A stretch of 56,655 nt of DNA, filler included, from an uncultured bacterium (GTDB lineage Bacteria; Latescibacterota; UBA2968), in assembly GCA_964471275.1 (NCBI GenBank). It is 2 parts of 2 records of this genome, joined end to end, with 100 filler letters (N's around TTAATTAATTAA, not from the genome) between each part and the next. Parts side by side here need not be neighbours in the genome. Positions count along the whole stretch, not along the records: positions 28,445 to 56,655 come from CAYYGZ010000028.1; 1 more part is not named here. The stretch is one strand, 5' to 3'. Of the stretch, positions 28,506 through 38,788 are shown piece after piece. The position numbers and the translations under genes were made by a program. The notes beneath the pieces were generated by a model. That model worked only from the letters and a program-made list of their open reading frames with translations. It ran no database searches and was not told the DNA's origin. Within the stretch, counting starts at the first letter, position 1. Each line of letters starts with the position of its first letter.

Positions 28506-30059
28506 TTATCCGACGTGGGAGCGTTCCAGATCCGAATAGGCCGCGACGAGCGCGTCATACGCTCCTCGAGTCGATGGATCGGGACGAATCGTCGATCCCG
28601 TGACAGGCTGACAGAACGGCTCGACGATCGATGGCCACGGGATGTCAGGCTGATGGCCCTGGTGCGCGCGGAGAGCGGCTCCGAGTGCGGCGGCGTTTGT
28701 GGTCTCGAATCGATGGACGGGACAGCCGTGCACATCAGCGAACACCTTCAGGATCTCTTCGTTGGCCGATGCCCCCCCCGTGACGTAGAGGGAGGTGATG
28801 TCGATACCCATCCAGCGCGAGTGGATGTATGAGGACACGGCCTGCGCCTCGATGACGCCTCGGACGTTACCTGCGACATCATTCTCATCGAGATCCTTCC
28901 GTAGAACCCCCGCATCGACATTGGGCACGATTTCCGGACCAAAGTATGGCAGCAGTATGCCACCGTCATTCCCGGGGGCTGAGGTCCGCAGTGTGTCCGT
29001 GAAGCTGTCCCAATTCAGGCCATACTGATCTCGGATGGCCTCGCGTGCGAGACTCCCGTTCATGTAGCAGATCAGGGCCATGTAGTGGCTGTCGTCAGGT
29101 GAAGCGAAGACCGCGCCTTCTCCTTCGGTCGAGACACGCGGCTCCGCCATGTAGGCGAAGAGTGTGTCCGATGTACCGAGGCTGAGGGCTACGTGACCGG
29201 GTTCAACCAATCCGAGCCCGATCAGACTGCACGGATTGTCGCCCGAGAAGGGCAGGACCTGGCAGTCAGGCGCAAGACCATATCGCTGCGTAAAATACGG
29301 GCTGACGGGACCTGCCGGGGTTCCGGACGCGGCGACCGGCAACATCCGTTCAGCCAGATCCGGCGCGGTGGCCTCCATCGCCGGTTTGCACCACCTCCGC
29401 GTGCGGATGTCCATCAGGTTCGTGCCGCTTCCATCACCCGCGTCGACTGCTACCAGCCTGCCGGCCAGGACACTCGCGATAAAGGAACTCACTAATCCGA
29501 TATATGACGTGTCCGCGTATGCCTCAGGCTCCTCCTGGTAGAACTTCCGTATCTGCGGACCGCTGAACCGCTCGAACGCCGTGTTCCCTGTGAGGTCGAG
29601 CAGCGCGTTCCGTCCGCCAACGCCCTCTTCGATTTCCAGGCACTGCCTGCCCGTGGACGAGTCCATCCAGATCGGCGCCGTCTGCCGAGAGAAGATCCCT
29701 GACAGCTGGGAGCTCAGGTCCCTGTTACCTGACAATGATTGCAGACAGCTGCTGGCTCGATCGTTCAGATAGACCGTTCCGTGCTGCTGTCCGCTCCCCG
29801 CGATGGCGCTAATTTGCGATAGATCGATCCTGTCCCGGAGCGTTGAGAACAAGTGGTCCAGACCGTCCAGCCACAGGAGCGGATAGCTGTGGACGACGCC
29901 ACTTCCCAGATCGACGACACCATTTTCAATGTCGTATCGACGCGCAAAGTGCTCGTCGAAGTTGATCGACTCTTGTGCGAGAATCGCATTCTCATCGGTC
30001 TCAATGACAAGACCTGATATCGATTGCGTGCTTGAATCTATCCCGAGATATAGTGGCAT
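28506..30059 (-). CDS. xylB: FGGY carbohydrate kinase, D-xylulose kinase (eukaryote-like subfamily)
   Basis: YLGIDSSTQS, GSGQQHG, PIWMDSST, ERFSGPQIRK, GDNP, SLGTSDT, NGSLARE. Confidence 0.85.
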   Translation of the reverse strand: MPLYLGIDSSTQSISGLVIETDENAILAQESINFDEHFARRYDIENGVVDLGSGVVHSYPLLWLDGLDHLFSTLRDRIDLSQISAIAGSGQQHGTVYLNDRASSCLQSLSGNRDLSSQLSGIFSRQTAPIWMDSSTGRQCLEIEEGVGGRNALLDLTGNTAFERFSGPQIRKFYQEEPEAYADTSYIGLVSSFIASVLAGRLVAVDAGDGSGTNLMDIRTRRWCKPAMEATAPDLAERMLPVAASGTPAGPVSPYFTQRYGLAPDCQVLPFSGDNPCSLIGLGLVEPGHVALSLGTSDTLFAYMAEPRVSTEGEGAVFASPDDSHYMALICYMNGSLAREAIRDQYGLNWDSFTDTLRTSAPGNDGGILLPYFGPEIVPNVDAGVLRKDLDENDVAGNVRGVIEAQAVSSYIHSRWMGIDITSLYVTGGASANEEILKVFADVHGCPVHRFETTNAAALGAALRAHQGHQPDIPWPSIVEPFCQPVTGSTIRPDPSTRGAYDALVAAYSDLERSHVG

Positions 30060-30352
30060 CGGTCCAGTTCCGTGTTCTAGGGTCTTTGTTCGAATGACAG
30101 CTTTTCCCATCAATCTAATAAAACGGTTCTCGTGTGTCCCATTCTGTGTGGTCTCCTGTGTAGTGGGTGGATGATTCGCTCGATTCTGCTTAACCTCAGG
30201 GGATCAATGAGGAACGTTGTGGATATTTCCAGAAGATCCACCGGTCGATCGAGAGTCCCGATTCGCGACGAGAGCGATGTGCGGCACACAATTCACCTGA
30301 TACCCGACGGGCGAGATGCTGTGGCTGCTGACAATCCAGGTTTATCCATCAT

Positions 30353-32281
30353 ATGAATGACAGACGCACAAACGGATTGTTGACAGCAATCCCACTTGTC
30401 TATCTGGCTGTGTCCGGTTGGTCGGCATCGATCGATCATCCCTTTCTCTGGGGTATCAATCACCTGCGCTACTATCCGACCGATGTATGGCTGCTCTGTG
30501 GGCTCGCGCTCGTAGCCGTCGCGTTTCCTGCTTTCCAGACGAGCGTTCTGAACATTCGCTTACCAGGAGTGACCGTCGCTGTCAGCTCAGGCATCCTGGT
30601 GGTGGCTGGCGCGTTCCTTTTCCTTGCCCTGGGTGATCGGACCCATCTCCTTGGCGACGGACACCTCCTGGTGCGGGAACTCGATCTCGGCTTTCGGAAG
30701 ATTGCCAACGAGCCCTTCTCGTTGTGGTTGCTGAATCGAGCCCTGGGGATGTTCCGTCATTTTGGCGTGTCAGCCAGTCAGATATACAGTACGTGGAGTA
30801 TACTCGCGGGCCTTCTTTACCTCGGACTGATCCCCTTTCTTGCCAGAAAGGTTGTCCCTGCCAGGTCTACATCGATCATTCTGGTTTTCCTTGTAGTTCC
30901 TGCCTACACCCAGCTCTTCTTCACGTATCACGAAATCTACCCCGTGCTGTATCCGCTTCTGCTTGTGTATATCTGGACTGGTTTCGAGGCTCTGAACGGG
31001 CGTATACCCCGGTGGATACCTGGACTCCTTCTGGGACTGATGACGGCCCTGCATTTTACGATGATCACCCTGACGCCTTCACTTCTCCTTCTGCTGGGGT
31101 CATCCGGCAGGCTGATCGTTCGGGTGAAGGAGACCGTGCGCCATTCCTGGATGCTTGCACCGGGAGCCGTGATCTTTCTGGGACTGATGTGGGTGACCGA
31201 TTTCGATTTCGGTGGCTTTCAGTCACACGCCGCAGATGAGGCACTTCTGCCACTGTTCGGGGATGCGACCCATTCGATTCCGTATGCGGTCATTTCCTCC
31301 GCTCACGCAATCGCGTTTCTGAATCAGCAGCTTCTGGTCTTCCTGCCGACACTGCTTCTTCTTCCATTTGTCAGACGATCCTACTTCGTTTCTCGTGAGT
31401 CACACTTCCTGCTGTCCGCTGCGATCCCCGCATGGACAGCCACATTCCTGGGCTACACGGTGATCGGAGCCTTTCGGGACTGGGACGCACTCGCGTTTCC
31501 CGCTGTCTTTGTGGTGCCCTGGATGGCACTCGGTCTGATTCGGGCATTCGATCACGAACGCGTGAAGCGGATTGCTCTGGTCGTGGGCGTGACGGCAGGC
31601 GTGCATTCTCTCCTCTGGATTGGCCTGAATGCGGATTCCAGTCGTGCGACAGAGCGATTCGAGGATGCCCTCCGTTACAGCCACCTCTCTGCCCGGGCCC
31701 GATCTTACGGGTGGCAGACACTGGGTGCCTACTGCGTGGACGTCAACGCTCTGAGTCGCGCGCGTGTGTGCTATGGACGGGCAATCGAGAGTGACCCCAC
31801 GCATCCGCGGTATCCGGGTCTGTTGGGATTTGTGTTGATGCAGATCGGAGATTATGAAGGAGCCGCGGACAGCTTTCGAAAATCCATTCGCCTGGATGGT
31901 GACCGCTACGAGCCGAGGCTGAACCTGGGGATGGCCTTGCTGAAGCTGAACAACCCAGAAGAGGCTATTGTGGTGATCCAGGGCGCGTTGCGGCTGAGAC
32001 CGAACCTGGCCAACATTCTGTTTGCCTTGGGTGTCGCCCATTTTGCGAAGGGCGACCACGAGACGGCGATCACAGCGTATCTGCGAGTGATCGAGGCAGA
32101 TCCGGCCTACGCAAGTGCACATCTCAACCTGGGACAGCTTTACGGGATGGTCGGGGACAACGACAGGAAACGCGATCACTTCACACGCGTGCTGAGTTTG
32201 AGACCGGATCATCCGCAGATGAAGGAGATCACACGCTGGGTTGCGTGGTATGAAGGGCAGACCGGTGCGGAACAGCGCTGA
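30353..32281 (+). CDS. Polytopic membrane protein with C-terminal TPR repeats
   Basis: Ten or more hydrophobic segments followed by several TPR units (NLG.A.., A....P). Confidence 0.8.
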   Translation: MNDRRTNGLLTAIPLVYLAVSGWSASIDHPFLWGINHLRYYPTDVWLLCGLALVAVAFPAFQTSVLNIRLPGVTVAVSSGILVVAGAFLFLALGDRTHLLGDGHLLVRELDLGFRKIANEPFSLWLLNRALGMFRHFGVSASQIYSTWSILAGLLYLGLIPFLARKVVPARSTSIILVFLVVPAYTQLFFTYHEIYPVLYPLLLVYIWTGFEALNGRIPRWIPGLLLGLMTALHFTMITLTPSLLLLLGSSGRLIVRVKETVRHSWMLAPGAVIFLGLMWVTDFDFGGFQSHAADEALLPLFGDATHSIPYAVISSAHAIAFLNQQLLVFLPTLLLLPFVRRSYFVSRESHFLLSAAIPAWTATFLGYTVIGAFRDWDALAFPAVFVVPWMALGLIRAFDHERVKRIALVVGVTAGVHSLLWIGLNADSSRATERFEDALRYSHLSARARSYGWQTLGAYCVDVNALSRARVCYGRAIESDPTHPRYPGLLGFVLMQIGDYEGAADSFRKSIRLDGDRYEPRLNLGMALLKLNNPEEAIVVIQGALRLRPNLANILFALGVAHFAKGDHETAITAYLRVIEADPAYASAHLNLGQLYGMVGDNDRKRDHFTRVLSLRPDHPQMKEITRWVAWYEGQTGAEQR

Positions 32282-32285
32282 TGAG

Positions 32286-32340
32286 CCCTCACCCGATCGC
32301 CAGAGGCGATCTACCCTCTCCCGCTGGCGGGAGAGGGTGA
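32286..32340. repeat. REP-like double palindrome
   Basis: CCCTCACCC, GATCGCC/GGCGATC hairpin, ACCCTCTCCCGC/GCGGGAGAGGGT hairpin. Confidence 0.65.
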
Positions 32341-32523
32341 AGGGCAGTGACTTCGATAAGGACTGCGGGTCGTGAATTGGATCCCCCGTCTATCAGAAAA
32401 TGAGTCTTCCCGCTCAGCCAACCTCAACCCAAGCGCGGGACTTTGTTCTGGAGATCATCGGGGACAGACGCTACCTTCTGCGTCTCGAAGACAATTCGAC
32501 AACCTTCCGATGGAGGATTCCTG

Positions 32524-33312
32524 ATGGGGCGGTTCAGCGAGCAAGTTGTGATCGTAACAGGTGGTGCCAAAGGGATAGGTCGAGGGATCTGCCTCGCTTT
32601 TGCCGAAGCCGGTGCAGTCGTCGTCTGTGCAGATGTCGATGACGCCGCAGGGAAGGATATCGTTTCCGAGGCAGCAAGCCTGGATGGCGCGATCTACTTT
32701 CGCTCGGGCGATGTGTCTCAGGACGCCGTCTGTGCCGATCTCGTCGATTACGCAGTCAGCGATCACGGCGGCGTGCACGTTCTTTGCAACAATGTGGGTA
32801 TCCAGCCGACGAACAGCTATCTCCCGGCCCACGAGATGCCTGTGGATATGTGGGAACGCATCATCGATGTGAACCTGAAGAGCACGTTTCTGATGTCGCG
32901 GCGAGCGATCCTGGAGATGAAGAAACAGGGGGGCGGGGTTATCGTCACTACGGCGAGCGTTCAGGGATTACAGTCCGCCAAGAGTGTGTCGGCCTACGCG
33001 GCGAGCAAGGGAGGGCAGCTTTCGTTGACGCGACAGCTGGCGCTGGAGTATGCCGAGGACAACATTCGGGTGTTGGCGGTCAACCCGGGCACGATCGACA
33101 CATCCCTGGTCGACGAGGCCCTGGAGGCGACCGGGTCGAACACACCGGAAGCGCGTCAACAGATGGCGGCAGTCCACCCGATCGGGCGAATCGGGCAACC
33201 TGCGGATATCGCGAAAGTGGTGCTCTTCCTGGCGAGTGACGACGCCTCATTCATAACGGGAGAGTATATCTGTGTCGATGGTGGGATCATGGCGAAGGGT
33301 GCTTGGGCGTGA
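32524..33312 (+). CDS. Short-chain dehydrogenase/reductase
   Basis: TGGAKGIG, NNVG, YAASK, PGTIDT; SD GGAGG before ATG 32524. Confidence 0.93.
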   Translation: MGRFSEQVVIVTGGAKGIGRGICLAFAEAGAVVVCADVDDAAGKDIVSEAASLDGAIYFRSGDVSQDAVCADLVDYAVSDHGGVHVLCNNVGIQPTNSYLPAHEMPVDMWERIIDVNLKSTFLMSRRAILEMKKQGGGVIVTTASVQGLQSAKSVSAYAASKGGQLSLTRQLALEYAEDNIRVLAVNPGTIDTSLVDEALEATGSNTPEARQQMAAVHPIGRIGQPADIAKVVLFLASDDASFITGEYICVDGGIMAKGAWA

Positions 33313-33622
33313 GGGATCCCTGCCGGACGCCCTGAGCGGGGGCAGGGGCGCGGGGCGAGGAAGCAAGTCCACACCGCCGTGTGGGAGACGTATGTCCCAG
33401 TATATTTTGTCGGTCGGGGACGCGCAAGTAGCGTTCCGGAAGGTTCTGGATTCAGGCCAGCGCGAAGTACACGACGGCGAGATGTGTTCCTGTCTCTGGG
33501 TGGATCTGTAGGCGTTGTACTCGCTGTTTGTGAGTTTTCTCTGGTTCTCCAGGCTCACCACAGGTATCCTCTTTTCTTCGCAGGTCAGGAATCAACCCAA
33601 TCAATCAGAAGGAAAGAATTCC

Positions 33623-34000
33623 GTGACGAACCTCCTCTTTGTCGGCCTTGGTGGTGCGACGGGCAGTATTCTGCGATATCTGGCCAGTCGATGGGCAGAG
33701 CGGCTGTTTCCCGCCGTGGGCCTTCCAGTCGGTACATTCGCTGTCAACGTTGTGGGGTGTCTGCTTCTGGGTTTCCTGGCAGGCCTTTCCGAGTCGCGTG
33801 ATCTGGTCCGGGCCGAGGTCCGTCTTCTTCTGATGGTCGGTCTTCTGGGCGGGTTCACGACGTTTTCCACGTTCAGCAATGAAACGCTGGACCTGGCGAA
33901 GGGGTCCGACAAGTGGCTGCCCTTTGCCTATGTCGGCGCGAGTGTGATGCTGGGCGTACTCTCAGCCTGGATCGGAAACGCGGTGGGTCGGTCGGTTTAG
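33623..34000 (+). CDS. crcB: Fluoride efflux channel Fluc
   Basis: GGATGSILRY, GTFAVN, GLLGGFTTFSTFS. Confidence 0.93.
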   Translation: MTNLLFVGLGGATGSILRYLASRWAERLFPAVGLPVGTFAVNVVGCLLLGFLAGLSESRDLVRAEVRLLLMVGLLGGFTTFSTFSNETLDLAKGSDKWLPFAYVGASVMLGVLSAWIGNAVGRSV

Positions 34001-34053
34001 CGGAGCGTATCAGGAAATTCACCCATCTTGTAGGACCCATACCAGAGGAGTCT

Positions 34054-36168
34054 ATGGACGTGCAATCGAAGGACAATCCGTTTCTAGTTACACAGGGCTT
34101 GCCGCCTTTCAATCGGATGGAGACCGATCAGATCGTACCGGCGATGGAACAGGTGATCGCCGAAACTGAGCGCAGGATCGAGGAGATCGAAGAGAATCTG
34201 ACTCCTACGTGGGAAGGTGTGATGCAGCCGCTGGAGGAGTTGGGTATTGCATTCAGCTACACGTGGGCACCCGTCGGTCACCTGCTGGGCGTGAAGAACT
34301 CGGATGATCTTCGGAAGGCCCACGAAGAGATTCAGCCAAAGATGGTCGAGCTCGGTCTGCGTATCAACCAAAGCAAGCCTGTATACGACTGCTTGAAGAC
34401 GATTCAGAACACAGACGTCTGGGAGCAGATGGAGGAGGCACAGCAGCGAGCCATTGCCGACAATGTGCGATCGGCCGAGCACGCCGGTGTGGGGCTGGAG
34501 GGGGAGGAGAAAGAGCGGTTTCTCGAGATCTCGCGCGAACTTTCCAAGATCAGTACAGATTTCTCAAACAATGTTCTCGATTCGCGCAAGCAGTTCGAGC
34601 TGGTCATCGACGATGCCTCAGAGACGGACGGTTGGCCAACGACGTTGAAGCAGGTCGCGGCGCAGTCGTGCAACGAGGCCCGGAAGAGCGACGATTCAGC
34701 GATTGCCTCCGATGCGGACGAAGCTTCACCAGAAACGGGTCCCTGGCGGATCACACTGGACTACCCGAGTTACCTGCCGTTTATGCAGCATCATCGCGGT
34801 CGTGATCATCGCGAGCTTCTGTATCGTGCACAGATGACGCTCGCCTCCTCCGGTGAGTATGACAATCAGGGCCTGATCAGCGAGACGCTGAAGCTGCGGA
34901 AAGAGAAGGCGGGACTGCTGGGATACGAGACGTTTGCGGATTTCAGCCTGGCGTCGAAGATGGCCCCGGGCGTGCCGGCCGTTCTCGATATGTTCGAATC
35001 GCTGAGCGTTCCCTCAAAGCCACACGCACAGGCAGATATGGACAACCTCGAGTCGCTGGCCAAGGCGTCTGGTCAAGAGGAGCCTGTTCTCCATTGGGAC
35101 ACGGGTTTCTGGGCAGAGCGGCTTCGCGAGAAACGCTTCGACTATACCGATGAGCAGCTTCGACCGTATTTCCCGCTTCCGCGTGTTCTGGATGGTCTGT
35201 TCAGTCTTGCAGAACGGCTGTTTGATGTGACGATTGCACGAGCGGATGGGGAGGCACCCGTCTGGCACGACGATGTGCAGTTCTTCAGGGTGAACGACGC
35301 AACCTCCGGGGAACAGATGGCGTCGTTCTACCTGGATCCATACTCGAGACCGAGCGAAAAGCGGGGCGGCGCTTGGATGGCGGGGTGTCTGGACAGACGG
35401 GTCGTTGACGGTAAGGTACGGCTGCCAGTCGTCCATCTGATCTGCAACGGCACCCCGCCCGTTGGCGATACGCCTTCCCTGATGGGGTTCAGCGAGGTGG
35501 AGACTCTTTTTCACGAATTCGGTCACGGGCTCCAGGGCATGCTGACGACCGTGAACTATGCGGATGTGTCCGGCCTGGGCGGCGTTGAGTGGGATGCCGT
35601 CGAATTGGCATCGCAGTTCATGGAGAACTGGTGTTACCACAAAGAGACGCTCATCGGGATGACCCAGCATATCGAAACGGGAGAATCACTGCCCGAGGAT
35701 CTGTATGAAAAGATCGTTGCCTCACGAAACTTCAGGGCTGGCTCAATGATGCTGAGACAGCTCGAGTTCGGTAAGACCGACATGAAGCTCCACAGAGATT
35801 TCTATCCGAACGGATCGGATACTGTGTTCGATGTCCATCGCGCAGTGAGCGCGGAAATGTCGGTGCTCCCACCCCTGGACGAGGATCGATTCCTGTGTGG
35901 ATTTACGCATATCTTCGCGGGTGGATACTCGGCAGGATACTACAGCTACAAGTGGTCAGAGGTCCTGAGCGCGGATGCGTTTGGGGCGTTCGAAGAGGTG
36001 GGTTTGACGAATGAAGCGAAGGTGAGAGATCTGGGACGCAAGTTCAGAGATACGGTGCTGGCCCTTGGGGGCGGACGGCACCCCATGGATGTGTTCAAGG
36101 ATTTCCGGGGGAGAGAGCCGGATACGAAGGCATTGTTACGGCAGACGGGGATCGCCAGTGACAATTGA
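34054..36168 (+). CDS. prlC: M3A metallopeptidase, oligopeptidase A
   Basis: KRGGAWM, HEFGH, WDAVELASQFMENW, HIFAGGYSAGYYSYKW; SD GAGGAG. Confidence 0.93.
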   Translation: MDVQSKDNPFLVTQGLPPFNRMETDQIVPAMEQVIAETERRIEEIEENLTPTWEGVMQPLEELGIAFSYTWAPVGHLLGVKNSDDLRKAHEEIQPKMVELGLRINQSKPVYDCLKTIQNTDVWEQMEEAQQRAIADNVRSAEHAGVGLEGEEKERFLEISRELSKISTDFSNNVLDSRKQFELVIDDASETDGWPTTLKQVAAQSCNEARKSDDSAIASDADEASPETGPWRITLDYPSYLPFMQHHRGRDHRELLYRAQMTLASSGEYDNQGLISETLKLRKEKAGLLGYETFADFSLASKMAPGVPAVLDMFESLSVPSKPHAQADMDNLESLAKASGQEEPVLHWDTGFWAERLREKRFDYTDEQLRPYFPLPRVLDGLFSLAERLFDVTIARADGEAPVWHDDVQFFRVNDATSGEQMASFYLDPYSRPSEKRGGAWMAGCLDRRVVDGKVRLPVVHLICNGTPPVGDTPSLMGFSEVETLFHEFGHGLQGMLTTVNYADVSGLGGVEWDAVELASQFMENWCYHKETLIGMTQHIETGESLPEDLYEKIVASRNFRAGSMMLRQLEFGKTDMKLHRDFYPNGSDTVFDVHRAVSAEMSVLPPLDEDRFLCGFTHIFAGGYSAGYYSYKWSEVLSADAFGAFEEVGLTNEAKVRDLGRKFRDTVLALGGGRHPMDVFKDFRGREPDTKALLRQTGIASDN

Positions 36169-36244
36169 TCCATCAACAGGGTTGAGAGACCCGCTTCGGC
36201 CGCAGGACCCGTTGCTTCTGACCTGATCTGTAAGGAGGTAGGCT

Positions 36245-36301
36245 ATGCTGATTCTTGTGGTAACAGAGGAAGTGCTGCGGCAATTGCGCAGGAATAAGTA
36301 G
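36245..36301 (+). CDS. Candidate 18-aa small protein MLILVVTEEVLRQLRRNK
   Basis: Perfect SD TAAGGAGGT at 36231-36239 ahead of ATG 36245. Confidence 0.35.
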   Translation: MLILVVTEEVLRQLRRNK

Positions 36302-36336
36302 AAGACAGGCGAAGGATCTCAGTCCTCGATCTTCAT

Positions 36337-36912
36337 TTACCGATTCTCGATCGAGTCCGGTCTCTGGGGTTTGGCGTCACCGACGCGGTAGACATAGACC
36401 CGGGTCTTGAAGAGGTCATCGATGCAGTAGGTCTCTGAAGGGGACCAGCCGGGGACAGCGAAGGTGTTGCTCACAACATAGGTGTCGTTGCCAAGTTCGG
36501 CTTCGAGCTTTGGGCGCAGCGTGCTCATATTGCCGGGCGACTGGTAGCAGACAACGAGCGTCGCGCCAGACAGATCGGTCTTCAGAAAGTTCGTCCAGTG
36601 GATTTCGAGGTTGGGTGTCTGAGAGGCGGCGGATCTGAGTCGGGAGATGACGAAGGGCACGATCGAGTTCTCATAGCCGACGATGTGGCTGCCCGAGAAA
36701 CGCTTCGCGATGGGGAGAGTGAGTGTGCCCCAGCCTGAACCGAGCTCATATATCCTGTCGCCGACGGGCAGGTCATCCAGTATTTCGAGCATGCGTCGCT
36801 TGACCTTGCCGGCGGTGGGTGACGGCGAGATCCCGTTCTCGAGTGTGTAGATGACGATCGATGCACCCGATAGCGCGACGACGATCAGAATGATCAGTGA
36901 AAGGATGTCCAC
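36337..36912 (-). CDS. Membrane-anchored class I SAM-dependent methyltransferase
   Basis: N-terminal TM, GISPSPT, YELGSGWG, GYE, VVSNTFAVPGW. Confidence 0.85.
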   Translation of the reverse strand: MDILSLIILIVVALSGASIVIYTLENGISPSPTAGKVKRRMLEILDDLPVGDRIYELGSGWGTLTLPIAKRFSGSHIVGYENSIVPFVISRLRSAASQTPNLEIHWTNFLKTDLSGATLVVCYQSPGNMSTLRPKLEAELGNDTYVVSNTFAVPGWSPSETYCIDDLFKTRVYVYRVGDAKPQRPDSIENR

Positions 36913-37060
36913 AGTAAGTGTGACCTCTTGCGGAAAGCTGGGATAATGCCTGTAATCTTGCTGTAGGGGGATGGCGATATTCCCGAATGATGGACCCAGG
37001 TCACATGGTGAGCCAGGCACCCCTGTCTGGCAAGCCAAGATCGCAGGAAGGTGACAATAC

Positions 37061-37804
37061 TTGGGATACTACTCATCAAGGATAACGGATGAAGTTCGGC
37101 TGGAGCGGATGCGTCCGGTCCAGATTGAAACGGCGCAGCAGCGCCGCGCAGCCATCTATGTCCCCTTTGGGGCGATGGAGTGGCACGGGTATCATAATCC
37201 CGTAGGACTCGATTGTCTGAAAGCACACGAGCAGCTTGTCGGACTCGCGATTCGCATGGGTGGCGTTGTCTATCCGCCTGTCTATTTCGGGTCCGGCGGC
37301 GGGCACGGAGATTGGCCTCATTCCTACATGGTTTCCGACACGGCCATGTCCACGATTGTATCAGAACTCCTCGCAGGGTTCGAGCGGGACGGATACGAGG
37401 CGGCGATACTGGTGTCCGGACACTACCCGAATCGCAACCAGTATCTGGATGCGGGTATTGCACAGTTCCGAGAGTATGGCGGGAAGATGCGGGTGCTGGC
37501 GATCGTCGAAAACCAGATCGAAGGAATCGATGGAGACCACGCGGCCAAGTATGAGACATCTTCCTTGATGTTTCTGGATCCCGATACCCAGGACCTGTCA
37601 TCGCTCGAGAATCGGACAGATATCGGCGGTGCCGATGAGAAACGAAATTGGATGGGTTCGGAAATGGATGGCCATCCCTGCTTCGGATTGGTAGGAATCG
37701 ATCCGCGTGAGCACGCAACCGAAGCCGGCGGACGAGACTCGTCTGAACTTCTGATCTATCGACTCAAGGCCTGGTTGGAGGGTGAAGAAATCGGCGACTC
37801 GTGA
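37061..37804 (+). CDS. Creatininase / creatinine amidohydrolase family protein
   Basis: PFGAMEWHGYHNPVGLD, SGH, DHAAKYETS. Confidence 0.88.
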   Translation: MGYYSSRITDEVRLERMRPVQIETAQQRRAAIYVPFGAMEWHGYHNPVGLDCLKAHEQLVGLAIRMGGVVYPPVYFGSGGGHGDWPHSYMVSDTAMSTIVSELLAGFERDGYEAAILVSGHYPNRNQYLDAGIAQFREYGGKMRVLAIVENQIEGIDGDHAAKYETSSLMFLDPDTQDLSSLENRTDIGGADEKRNWMGSEMDGHPCFGLVGIDPREHATEAGGRDSSELLIYRLKAWLEGEEIGDS

Positions 37805-37891
37805 CGAAAATCACTCCAATTCCGATCGCCAATCTTTATCTTATAGTGTTTGAACTCGGAAATGTAAACGTATCAAATTCAAAAGGTCGGC

Positions 37892-38242
37892 ATGGTAAAA
37901 GTGCTGGATCACCTGCCTGAGCTTGATGGTGATGAGCTCAAGTATGTGCGGAATATCATCGAGGATCTCGACAACAAGAAGGCTAGCGAGTTTGCAGATG
38001 CCTATCGGCGAAAACGTCGCAACGCCAACTCGATCTTTCTTCTAATCCTCCTTGGTTTTATCGGCATTGCCGGTATACACCGTTTCCGTCTGGGTCAGTT
38101 CGGTACGGGTCTGTTGTATCTGCTGACGGTGGGTTTTGCTTTTGTCGGTACCCTGTATGATTTGCTGACTTATGAGAAGGCGGTATTCGAGCACAACAAA
38201 TTTGCTGCACTTAGGGTCGATATGACGGTCCGCGGAGAATAG
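37892..38242 (+). CDS. TM2 domain protein
   Basis: GIAGIHRFRLGQFGTGLLYLLT.G. Confidence 0.88.
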   Translation: MVKVLDHLPELDGDELKYVRNIIEDLDNKKASEFADAYRRKRRNANSIFLLILLGFIGIAGIHRFRLGQFGTGLLYLLTVGFAFVGTLYDLLTYEKAVFEHNKFAALRVDMTVRGE

Positions 38243-38326
38243 AGCGACTTTACACATTATCAAGAGTAGGCTGCCCGGGAGCCATTTGCCTCGGACATAA
38301 CCTGACAAGAAAGAGATAGGTGCAAT

Positions 38327-38608
38327 TTGGCAAGTGCAAGCGCACGACATATACTGGTTTCAACAGAAGATGAGTGCAACGAGTTGAAGACACAGATCGA
38401 AGGCGGCGCCAGTTTCGCCGATGTAGCGAAGGAGCATTCCTCCTGTCCCTCCGGTCAATCCGGCGGCGATCTGGGTGAGTTTGGACCCGGTCAAATGGTC
38501 AAGGAGTTCGACGAGGTAGTTTTCAGTGCGGATCTGAATGAGGTACAGGGTCCGGTGAAAACCCAGTTCGGGTACCATCTGCTCGAGGTGACCAGCCGGA
38601 CGGAGTAG
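38327..38608 (+). CDS. ppiC: Parvulin-type peptidyl-prolyl isomerase
   Basis: ARHILV, HSSCPS, GGDLGEF, QMVKEFD, KTQFGYH; 93 aa. Confidence 0.95.
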   Translation: MASASARHILVSTEDECNELKTQIEGGASFADVAKEHSSCPSGQSGGDLGEFGPGQMVKEFDEVVFSADLNEVQGPVKTQFGYHLLEVTSRTE

Positions 38609-38788
38609 CAGATCCGTGTGGATGCCGTGTTCTGAGGACCGCTACGAGTGGATCGTGGCGGTCTTCTTTTTTTACATCATCGTGATTTCAGATCCACACC
38701 GCATATGTGTATCATGGGGTCTATCCCGTCCCGGATCCTCCGGGGAGCTTCACTCTCTGCGTCACACGCAGAAAGGTGGGAACCAGGT

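Noticed and set aside
33380..33622. Fluoride riboswitch upstream of crcB
   Set aside because: I could not find the consensus GGnGATGGnGTTCnCC...AAnC...GnTGAnnnCT pattern by eye; an Rfam scan would settle it
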